Positions 8,222 through 16,800 of a stretch of DNA of 63,118 nt are shown here, piece after piece. The position numbers and the translations under genes are program-made. Where the stretch lies: the NCBI GenBank assembly GCA_002722695.1, contig PBMS01000046.1:1-63118 (forward strand). Direction: 5' to 3'. This stretch comes from Methanobacteriota archaeon. Its GTDB lineage: Archaea > Thermoplasmatota > Poseidoniia > Poseidoniales > Poseidoniaceae. The first letter of the stretch is position 1. Each line of letters opens with the position of its first letter. Below the pieces are notes generated by a model that saw only the letters and a list, made by a program, of their open reading frames with translations, did not search any database and was not told the DNA's origin.

Positions 8222-9169
8222 ATGTTTGACGCTGAGGAATTCATTGCCGAGAGCATTGAATCCCTCAAAGCGACCATCGACGATGTGGCCATCATCGCAT
8301 GCTCTGGTGGTGTGGATTCCACGGTTGCTGCCGTGATCGCCAATCAAGCCGTCGGCAACCTGCTTCACTGCGTTTACGTCGACACCGGTTTCATGCGAAA
8401 AAACGAGACCGAGCAAATTGAAGCCCTCCTCGAAGAGCAAGGCATCAACCTGATCACCGTCAAAGCGGCGGACCGCTACTTTGAGGCGCTTCAAGGGGTG
8501 ACCGAGCCCGAGCATAAACGGAGGGTCATCGGTGAGTTGTTCATTCGAATTTTTGAAGACGAACAGAAAAAATGCGGTGCAAAATACCTCGTCCAAGGGA
8601 CGATTGCACCCGACTGGATTGAGTCGGGAGGCGGTGTGCGAGACACCATCAAATCGCATCACAACGTGGGCGGTCTCCCCGAGGACATGACCCTTCAAGT
8701 TGTGGAGCCTCTGCGAGAACTCTACAAGGACGAGGTTCGTGAGTTGGCTCGAAACCTGGACATCAACGTCGCCGAGCGACAACCGTTCCCCGGCCCCGGG
8801 CTTGCGGTACGAACCCTGGGCGAATTGACGCCCGACCGCGTGGCCGTCGTTCGCGAGGCCTGCGCCATCGTCGAAGAGGAGTTTGAGGCGGCTGCAGAGC
8901 GGGGCGAGATGGACCTTCCTTGGCAATACTTCGCAGCCTTGCTTCCGGTTCGAAGTGTGGGCGTCCACGGCGATGTTCGCGCTTACGGCGAAACCATCGT
9001 CGTTCGGGCCGTGCAATCCATGGACGGCATGTCAGCACGCTATTCCGAGATTCCCCACAAAATTCTCCAAACCATCAGCACGCGCATCACCAACACGGTG
9101 AAGGGTGCTGCCAACCGGGTGGTGTACGACATCACGCACAAACCACCCGGCACCATCGAATGGGAGTGA
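8222..9169 (+). CDS. guaAB: GMP synthase subunit B (ATP pyrophosphatase domain, archaeal split type)
   Basis: MFDAEEFIAESIESLK...ACSGGVDSTVAAV (SGGVDS PP-loop)...KSHHNVGGLPE...PFPGPGLAVR...YDITHKPPGTIEWE. No glutamine amidotransferase domain is attached, which fits the split archaeal enzyme. The ATG lies 1 nt after the purE stop. Confidence 0.9.
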   Translation: MFDAEEFIAESIESLKATIDDVAIIACSGGVDSTVAAVIANQAVGNLLHCVYVDTGFMRKNETEQIEALLEEQGINLITVKAADRYFEALQGVTEPEHKRRVIGELFIRIFEDEQKKCGAKYLVQGTIAPDWIESGGGVRDTIKSHHNVGGLPEDMTLQVVEPLRELYKDEVRELARNLDINVAERQPFPGPGLAVRTLGELTPDRVAVVREACAIVEEEFEAAAERGEMDLPWQYFAALLPVRSVGVHGDVRAYGETIVVRAVQSMDGMSARYSEIPHKILQTISTRITNTVKGAANRVVYDITHKPPGTIEWE

Positions 9170-9216
9170 ATCCCTTCGGGCATACCTTCTTGAACAAGAC
9201 CAAGCGAGGATTCCGT

Positions 9217-10611
9217 ATGTCTGCAATGGATGCATCCGACGCTGGTGTCGTCGGCTTGCTGGTGGCCGACGAGGTCGCGCCCGGGAGAAAAACAAGGATT
9301 CTCGGATCCGTGTTCGTGGTGTTGCTTCTGATCGGTCTCATGGTCGGTGCGAACACCCTCATGGGCAGGGAGGAATCCGATACGTCCTTTGTCGAGGGTC
9401 AACCGCTCTCCAGCAACTGGCGACCGTACTCTGTGGTGGCACCCATCGACACGGGCATCAACGTCTACCACGACCATTTCCGTACAAACGAGACCTATCC
9501 GGACTGGCTTCTTGACGGACTGGGTGTGACCAAAACATGCACCCCTACCTTCAACGGCACGTGGGAGGAACGGTTTGACGCGGACAAAGAAACATGTTGG
9601 GACACCATCACCACCTCCGACATCGTTTACTTCAAGGGCACAAAAATCATCGGAACTTCACCCGATGGGAACACAGACGTGCATATTCTCGACGATCCCT
9701 CAGACGGCCACGGTACGGCCGTGACCGGTGCAGTGCTCGACGCAAACCCAGATGCAGTCATCTTCTTTGTCGAGGGGTTCTCCACCGCAGCTGTCCTTGC
9801 GGCCGGCAATCAACCTCTCGTTGACATTGTCACAACTTCGTTCGGGGCCATCGGCTCGCTGCCCGTCCCCGGCATCGAAACCGGAACTTACCAAACGGTC
9901 GTGGTGAACAACAAAATCCACACCGGTGCAGCCGACAACACGCCCTCTCCAGCGGTCCAAGACGCCACCGCCGGTCCGCCATGGTCCATCGGAATTGCAG
10001 GCTACGCTGAGGAAGGGGACGACCAGAAGGAGACCATGAGCGGGTCCTACCCCGACATCGCTGCCGATTGGACCCAGATGCTTCCAAACCACGACGATGT
10101 GGACGGGTACCACGAAACGTCGGGTACATCGTTCGCAACACCCAGAACCGCGGGTATTCTCTCCTTCGTGCTCGAGCATCTTCGAGAAGAGGCTGGGGAC
10201 CACGGCTCAGGTGCATCCTCTGAAGACCGCAACGGTTCCCTTGTCCACGGTGTGTGGCCCGATTCCAATCCCAACGCCGGTGCCGAAGTGGAAATCACCA
10301 ACGCCGTGATTCGAGACGCTCTCAACCTTTCAGCGTGGTACCCCTCGTTCACCACGTGGGATCCTTCGGCCGGAACAATGCCGATTTCACCCGTTGCGCC
10401 CTGCACTCAGGTCGGCTGGGGCGTGGTGAACATGTCGAACATCCCACCGATGATCAAGCATCTCAACGGCACGGAATCAATCCCTGACCGCCCGGGCGAT
10501 GTCGTCCTGTGCATGCAAATCAACCAGGAGGCGCGAGAGGCGTATTGGGGTGTTTATCCTTCGGAGGAGCAACCCCTGCGTGTCTTGCAAACGGCCACTC
10601 GAGACGACTGA
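9217..10611 (+). CDS. membrane-anchored subtilisin-like serine protease (peptidase S8)
   Basis: The catalytic triad motifs are DTGINVYHDHF (Asp), DGHGTAVTGAVL (His) and SGTSFATPRTAGI (Ser). An N-terminal signal-anchor ILGSVFVVLLLIGLMVGA is present. The start was trimmed to ATG 9217, which has a GAGGA SD 6 nt upstream. The track start at 8920 lies inside guaAB. Confidence 0.85.
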   Translation: MSAMDASDAGVVGLLVADEVAPGRKTRILGSVFVVLLLIGLMVGANTLMGREESDTSFVEGQPLSSNWRPYSVVAPIDTGINVYHDHFRTNETYPDWLLDGLGVTKTCTPTFNGTWEERFDADKETCWDTITTSDIVYFKGTKIIGTSPDGNTDVHILDDPSDGHGTAVTGAVLDANPDAVIFFVEGFSTAAVLAAGNQPLVDIVTTSFGAIGSLPVPGIETGTYQTVVVNNKIHTGAADNTPSPAVQDATAGPPWSIGIAGYAEEGDDQKETMSGSYPDIAADWTQMLPNHDDVDGYHETSGTSFATPRTAGILSFVLEHLREEAGDHGSGASSEDRNGSLVHGVWPDSNPNAGAEVEITNAVIRDALNLSAWYPSFTTWDPSAGTMPISPVAPCTQVGWGVVNMSNIPPMIKHLNGTESIPDRPGDVVLCMQINQEAREAYWGVYPSEEQPLRVLQTATRDD

Positions 10612-10679
10612 TGTCCGAAATGGGTGCCGTTGAGACCTCGAACCCAGCCTTCAAACAACCATGCAGTTGCGTGATTTTA

Positions 10680-10752
10680 CGCCGATTGTGGGGCTCGAAC
10701 CCACGACCTTGGGATTAACAGTCCCACGCTCCACCAGCTAAGCTAAATCGGC
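10680..10752 (-). tRNA. tRNA-Asn (anticodon GTT)
   Basis: The minus strand reads GCCGATT-TA-GCTT-AGCTGGTG-GAGC-G-TGGGA-CTGTTAA-TCCCA-AGGTC-GTGGG-TTCGAGC-CCCAC-AATCGGC-G. This folds as a full cloverleaf with the GTT anticodon in a 7-nt loop. No CCA is encoded. Confidence 0.9.
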
Positions 10753-10775
10753 AAAGTTGGCGACAGGCCTCCCCT

Positions 10776-12110
10776 TTATGACGCCTTCGTTGATGCAAAA
10801 TCAATCACTTCGAGCAGTCGGTGCACATGCTCAGGTTCAGATTCACCAACGGTGCACATTGCTTTGAGTGACACCAGTTCTGATTCCTTCAACGGACGGT
10901 TGTGGTGAAACGTGAACAGTGGATCGTTCTTGGCGATGTTCGTTCCCTTCGATGCCTCAATGAGAAAGCCCACGTGCGTATCGATCGGGTCGTCCAACTC
11001 AAAGCGGCCAGCTCCGTGGTTTCGTGCGAGTTGGGCCATCGCCATGGCGTCGTAACTGGAAACGTAGCCTGAGTGCTCAGCGAGGATGGTGGTCTGATGA
11101 ACCGACGACCCAAGCACCTTTTCTGGCGTTGAAATCAAGGTCTTCGCCGTCAACGGTTCGACCCCCTGTTGAACGCACATGGCTCGGAAGACATCGAGCG
11201 CCTCTCCGTTGGTCAACACCAACTCCATCCGCCTCCTCCCTTCGGCGAGGTCGACATCCTCGAAGGACATCGCCAGCAATTCAGCCCCCTGGAGGACAAC
11301 AAGTTCCCGAGTGTCCGCTGAACCTTCGCCCTGCAGGACCTCGATGCTGCCGAGGACTTCCAGTGCATTACCGATGTGAGATCCGATGGGTTCTGACATG
11401 GTCGTGAGTTGCGCAACGGTTCGTATGCCGAGTCCTTCGGCTGTTTGGACCATCGAATGAGCAAGTGCTCGTGCCTCATCCACGGTTTTCATGAACGCGG
11501 CCGACCCCGTTTTGACGTCGAGCACCAACGATTGCAGCCCCTCAGCAGCCTTCTTTGAGATGATGGACGCCGTGATGAGCGGAACGCTGTCGATGGTGTC
11601 CGTCACATCCCTGAGTGCGTACAACACGCCATCCGCAGGCGCGATGGCGTCGTTTTGGACCGCAATGCAGCAACCAACAACGTCGACGGCGGCGGTCATG
11701 GCATCTGGACTCAGCGCACAGGTGAACCCCGGAATCGACTCCAATTTGTCGATGGTACCCCCGGTGTGTCCCAGGCCCCGTCCAGCCAGCATGGGGACGC
11801 GGCACCCGCACGCCGCCAGCGCAGGCGCGAGGATGAGTGACATTTTGTCACCCACCCCACCGGTGCTGTGTTTGTCCACAACCGGGGGTCCCGCCGGCCA
11901 AGTCAGGCGCGCTCCGGAATCGATCATCGCCTCGGTCAAAATAACCGTGTCCGCAGTGGTCATTCCGTGTTTGTGAACAGCTTTGAGCCAACGCGTCGCG
12001 GTCTCGGTTGAAATCGTTCCGTTGGCGACGTTGGCTGCAAAGATCTGCAGTTCCTCAGCGGGTTGGGATTCACCTCGCAGGACCGCTTTGATGAGGTCTT
12101 CCACATCCAT
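10776..12110 (-). CDS. deoA: thymidine / pyrimidine-nucleoside phosphorylase
   Basis: VDKHSTGGVGDKMSLILAPALAACG, LGHTGGTIDKLESIPGF and a length of about 440 aa match the thymidine phosphorylase family. This is shorter than the roughly 500-aa archaeal AMP phosphorylases. A GAGGGAG SD overlaps the upstream stop. Confidence 0.85.
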   Translation of the reverse strand: MDVEDLIKAVLRGESQPAEELQIFAANVANGTISTETATRWLKAVHKHGMTTADTVILTEAMIDSGARLTWPAGPPVVDKHSTGGVGDKMSLILAPALAACGCRVPMLAGRGLGHTGGTIDKLESIPGFTCALSPDAMTAAVDVVGCCIAVQNDAIAPADGVLYALRDVTDTIDSVPLITASIISKKAAEGLQSLVLDVKTGSAAFMKTVDEARALAHSMVQTAEGLGIRTVAQLTTMSEPIGSHIGNALEVLGSIEVLQGEGSADTRELVVLQGAELLAMSFEDVDLAEGRRRMELVLTNGEALDVFRAMCVQQGVEPLTAKTLISTPEKVLGSSVHQTTILAEHSGYVSSYDAMAMAQLARNHGAGRFELDDPIDTHVGFLIEASKGTNIAKNDPLFTFHHNRPLKESELVSLKAMCTVGESEPEHVHRLLEVIDFASTKAS

Positions 12111-12119
12111 CTAGCTCCC

Positions 12120-13067
12120 TCAAATCAAACCGATTTCTTTGAGGCGTTGATGCAGGTAATCCCCTGCGTTGATGGAGGCGTAGTTTGCCTCCCCTCCCGT
12201 CATGGCCACGAAGTCAGGGTGAGGCGTAAGGTCAACCTCGTTCCGGGGGTGGACGAACATCGGCATGGAGTAACGACGCGTGTTGGCGTCCTTTGGATTC
12301 ACGACGCGATGGGTCGTTGATTTGAACAAACCGTTGGTGAGGTTCTGCAGCATATCGCCTGAGTCAACAATGATGGCGTCTTGATCTCCCTTCACTTGAA
12401 TCCACGTGCCGTCGTGGTCCATGACTTCCAAGCCGTCTGCGGTTGCTGTGACCAAGAGCGTGATGAAATTGATGTCCTCGTGAGCAGCGGAGCGCACGGC
12501 GCCTTCCGGGGTGTTTTCGCTCAGAGGGGGATAGTGAATCATGCGCATGATGGTGTTGCCTTCGGTCGACATGTTTGAGAGCCAATCTTCCGGTTTCCCA
12601 AGGTAGAGCGAACAGGCTGAGAGCAGGTGATGCGCCAGCGTTTCCATACCGGAAAAAAGCGTTTCCGTCACGTCTTGAAACCCGCTTACATGGGCGGACG
12701 GCCAGATGTTTTGCGGGTAGGTCGGGACGGTGCCATCAAGCGGGTAAGGCCGGCCGGATTGCCAGAATTCCTTGAGGTCGGGTGCGGGGTTGTCCTTTGC
12801 ATGTTCAACACCAAAGGCGGTGTAGCCACGCTGGTGGGCCATCTCAGGACGTAGATACATTCGTTTGGTTTGTTCATCCATGTCGAAGAAGGCATCGCAT
12901 TGCTCGTAGGTGTTGTCGATCAGTTCCTTTGGTATGCCGTGATGGGTAAGCGCAAAGAAACCGATGTCCTTGAGAGCGTCGCCCACCTCGTTGACGAAGC
13001 GTTGTCGCTCATTCTGATCGGCCGAGGTGGCCAAACGAAAGTCGATGGAGGGTATACTCCGAGGCAT
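12120..13067 (-). CDS. 2-oxoglutarate/Fe(II)-dependent oxygenase (isopenicillin-N-synthase-like)
   Basis: The N-terminal IPSIDF...FGFFALTHHGIP segment is DIOX_N-like. The facial triad is HEDINFITLL (HxD) plus STTHRV, followed by RYSMPMFVHP (2OG-binding RxS). Confidence 0.85.
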   Translation of the reverse strand: MPRSIPSIDFRLATSADQNERQRFVNEVGDALKDIGFFALTHHGIPKELIDNTYEQCDAFFDMDEQTKRMYLRPEMAHQRGYTAFGVEHAKDNPAPDLKEFWQSGRPYPLDGTVPTYPQNIWPSAHVSGFQDVTETLFSGMETLAHHLLSACSLYLGKPEDWLSNMSTEGNTIMRMIHYPPLSENTPEGAVRSAAHEDINFITLLVTATADGLEVMDHDGTWIQVKGDQDAIIVDSGDMLQNLTNGLFKSTTHRVVNPKDANTRRYSMPMFVHPRNEVDLTPHPDFVAMTGGEANYASINAGDYLHQRLKEIGLI

Positions 13068-13073
13068 GCGGCC

Positions 13074-13838
13074 TCAATCCCTGTATGCGTTCAACTTCGC
13101 CAGCAAGCGCAGGGTCTCGATGTAGATCCAGATAACGGAGATCAGGATGCCGAAGGCGGCGTACCACTCCATGAGCTTCGGTGCGCCGTTGCGAGTACCG
13201 GATTCGATGAACCCAAAGTCGCTGATGAGCGTCAATGCTGCCACGACCAAAATGAAGCACGTCAGGCCGATACCGATGGGCCCAGAGCTGTGGAGGAAGG
13301 GCACGTCGTATGGCGAGAACAATCCGAGAACGAAGGAGGTGAGGTAGAGGAGCATGATGCTCACGACCAGTCCAGAGATGATTTTGTTGAAAGCGGGTGT
13401 GGGGCGGATGATTCGAGAAGCGTACATGACGTACATCGTACCGGTGATGGCCATGGTTCCAAACACGGCTTGGAGCGCAATGCCGCTGTAGGCCGTCAGT
13501 TCAAGCGCAAGCGACATCGACCCGACGGCCATGCCTTCGAGGAGCGCATAGAGACTCATCAAGGTGGCAGGGTTGGCGGGGCGAGTCAGGAAAATCACGA
13601 GGGCCAAGATGAATCCACCGACAAAGCCAATGAGCATGAAGGCGGAAATGTACAGGCCTCCGTTGCCGTTGTTGATGGCGTTCATGCACAACACGGCCGA
13701 GACCAGAGCGCTGGCGATCGTGAGAGAAAGAAGGTAGCCGATTTTCTTCATGCTGCCCTCGACCGTCATTCGGTCGAACCCAGTGAGGTTTGGCCAGAAT
13801 TTGTTGGACAGGACGGGGTTGCTGCTGCGGATTTCCAT
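13074..13838 (-). CDS. Bax inhibitor-1/YccA-like membrane protein (BaxI_1-type)
   Basis: MEIRSSNPVLSNKFW... N-terminus followed by about 7 hydrophobic helices. The start was trimmed to ATG 13838, because the track start at 14051 overlaps the upstream giant gene. There is a 32-nt gap to the upstream stop. Confidence 0.7.
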   Translation of the reverse strand: MEIRSSNPVLSNKFWPNLTGFDRMTVEGSMKKIGYLLSLTIASALVSAVLCMNAINNGNGGLYISAFMLIGFVGGFILALVIFLTRPANPATLMSLYALLEGMAVGSMSLALELTAYSGIALQAVFGTMAITGTMYVMYASRIIRPTPAFNKIISGLVVSIMLLYLTSFVLGLFSPYDVPFLHSSGPIGIGLTCFILVVAALTLISDFGFIESGTRNGAPKLMEWYAAFGILISVIWIYIETLRLLAKLNAYRD

Positions 13839-13870
13839 GGCTATCAGCGTTGTCTCGCCGAGGTCCTGTT

Positions 13871-16800
13871 TCAATGTTGCTCTGTTCGTGTGTGTTGAGC
13901 GACCTGTTCCTGATAGTAGGTGACCAGCTGGTCCATCGTCCATCCTTGAGCGAGGTACTGCTCGACCATTTCTGCCGTCCAGCCCGGCACCTTGGCCAGC
14001 ATTTCTGGTGTGGCGCCCGAAACGCTCGCATTCAAGACCGGCTGCTGCCAACCTTGGTTGTCAACCGTTCCACCGCTCACTTCGGCAAACGCAGCTTCGC
14101 TGATGGCGTCCTTCACGTTTTCGGATTCGGTGCGCATGCCGCGAAGAATGACGTAGGCTCCGGCCGAGAGCACCAGCGCCAAGATCATCAGAATCAGGAA
14201 GAACGACTCAGCAGAATCGCCCGCACTGCTTTCTGTGCTGTCGCCAACGAGTGCTGCGCGTTGTTCGGAGGAACATCCTTCCGCATCTGTGGCCACGCCA
14301 ACGGGCGTGTCGGGGCACTGGTCGGCTCCGTTGAGAATGCCGTCGTCGTCGAGATCGGTGTCCACCACGATCGTACCGGTTCCGCCGGTGTCGTCCACGG
14401 GTTGAATGTCCACACCAGCAAGGTCACAACCAAGCACCTCGCTGTCGTTGGTCCCGTCGAGGTCGGCATCCCACTGCGTGAGTGCGGCGAGCGGTTCAAC
14501 ATCGTCCATGCTGGAGTTAAGGGCGGTTGCTAGGGCCCATGCGACCTCAAGGTCGTCGGTGATGCAATCCCCGTCCGTGTCGGCGTTGTTGGGGTCGCCA
14601 CCGTGAAGTTGTTCGGCGAAATTGCTCAACCCGTCTTGGTCGCTGTCCATCATCGATTCGTCCATGAGAGCATCGCCCACCACGCTTCGTTGGGTTCGGT
14701 TGAGCCCGTGGGCAACCTCCCACGCATCGGTGAGTCTGTCCTGGTCGGTGTCGGTGGCGTTGTCCAATCGATGCCAGTCTTCGTACCATGAATTCATGTA
14801 AACGCCTGCAATCGCTTCGCTGGAGAGCACAAGCCCCATCTCTCGGTTGCGAACAAGCGCAGAGTCGCCCCAATTGATGGAGGACACGAGAACGTGTTCA
14901 CCGTCAACGATGACGCCTTTGTTGTGCAGTTTCGTGACGACTTCATCGCTGCTCATGACGATGGCCGCCGTGTCGTAGCCGAGGGTGTGGTTCCATTCCT
15001 CATTGAAGCGGTCGACCACGCTCTGAATGTCCTCGTCAAGGTAAGCGCCGTTCAAAATAAGCCGCAACCGAACGTTGCGCTGCGCCGCTTTCTCGAGCGA
15101 TTCAAGAATGGGGTTTTCCCCCCATCCCCACGACCAGTCCATGTCAAGGTACTGAAGTGAGAGTAAAATTTCCTCGTCGGCGCTGTCCAAAACAGCCACC
15201 AGATCATCGATGCAGTTGTCCGGGCACACGAGCAGTTGTGCGTCCACGTCGCCTTGGATGCTCGCAGCCGTCTCGCCAACGATGGCGGACGCCGATGGCA
15301 TCGTCCAGCCGGTAGGAGCATCGGTGGCCACGACCGGTGTGATGTGCTCGCGGGCTTGATTTTCATCGAAGGCAAGATGAGCAGCCACCATGGTGGCCAG
15401 GCCCGCATCGTCCACGATGACGCCCCAGTCCCGATTCCCAGCTTCACCGGGCATCGGATGGGACGAAGATTTCCAATTGCCTGAACCGACCCAAACGCTG
15501 GCGTTGTCCTTGACCGCAACTTTGCTGTGGATGTACGCATAGGGGTTCTCGCCCGTGTCGCCAAACCAACTCACCTGTGCACCGGACGCAAGGAGTTCGG
15601 TGGCCATGCCACGCTGCGTGTCGAGGTCGTATTGATTCCACCAGCTGTCGCCGTAATCCAGCACGACGGTCACCTCGACGCCTCGGTTTTGTGCATCGAT
15701 CATGGCTTGAACGAGGTGAACCTCGTGAAGCAGGTACATGTGAACGTGGAGGGAACTCGAAGCGTCGTTGATCCATGCCAGCAGGTCCGTTAGCCCGTGT
15801 TCAGGTCCCAGAAGCGGGGTCACCGATGCTGTCGTGCTGATGCTTGTGTCAATGCAGAACGTGCTGCCGCCCAAACGACTCCACTGCTCGTGCCAGTCGG
15901 CCACCGTGTCGGTGTCGGGCGTGTCTCCGCAGCCGCTTCCACGGAGGTAAATCAAATTGTCAAGGTTGGCCAGAGGTTCGGCCAAGGCGATGCCGTTCCA
16001 CCCGGGAACGGACACGGGCCCGTTGCCGTAGACGATGGTGTCGACCTCAGCACCCGACCCGTCCAACAGTTGTAGGGCAGCACCAGAATTGGGGAAGTAG
16101 AAATTCCGGTCAAGTGCCCCGTCGGCGTCGACCACGTTTCCGTCTTCGTACACCCTGACGGCGTCTGCATCGTTGGCGAGAAGCACGCTTGAGCCCGGTT
16201 GAATCATCAGGTTGCTGACGGTGGCGTTGTAGGAGCTGAGCGAACCGGTTGTGGTGCGCATCGTCCAACCGTTGAGCACCGCCAGTTTCTCGCCTTGGTT
16301 GCTGATTTCGATGAACTCCATGTCGCTGGAGATGTCCGTTGAGGCCGACGGCATGAAGCGTGTAAATCGCAAGTCGTCCTTGGTGGCGAAGTCCGCCGGG
16401 TTGGGTTCGGCTTGACCGGGTGTTGGCCAGAGTGCATGTTGCCAATCATCGCTGTCTTGCTCCCCCGGCATGAGCGTCTGGCAGTCCGTGATGACCGTCC
16501 AAGAGGCGCCGTCCACAGAACCTCCATCCGGGTGGAGAAGATCAAAAGCGTCGCCAAGTCCCGTGAGAATGTACTCGTCCATGGTGAACACGGCGCGTTC
16601 GTCGGGGTTCAGCAGAACCTTGGCGGTGTGATTGCCCTCGGTCCAGAGGCTGTCGAGGCGCATGAAGCGTCGTTCACCCTCGGCGTTGATCACCGACCAC
16701 CGACTGATGTTGAGAGGCGTGGCACCGGTGTTGTGAACTTCGACCCAGTCCTCGGTGGGTTGGATGGAGTCGTCGTTGCAGTACGGGAGGACTTCGGTGA

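Noticed and set aside
8920-9216. N-terminal 99 codons of track ORF 8920-10611
   Set aside because: It lies inside guaAB in another frame and is R/H/G-rich. The protease has a proper SD (GAGGA) and signal anchor starting at 9217.
10620-10679. tRNA-like fragment (GAGACCTCGAACCCAGCC) just downstream of tRNA-Asn, a possible att-site remnant of an integrated element
   Set aside because: It does not fold into a T-arm or acceptor stem, because the arms are not complementary. It shares only the TCGAACCCA core with the real tRNA. No integrase or other mobile-element gene is nearby.
12870-13898. 342-aa plus-strand ORF
   Set aside because: It is antisense to the 2OG oxygenase and BI-1-like genes, both of which have diagnostic motifs. 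Its composition is D/G/H/R-rich.
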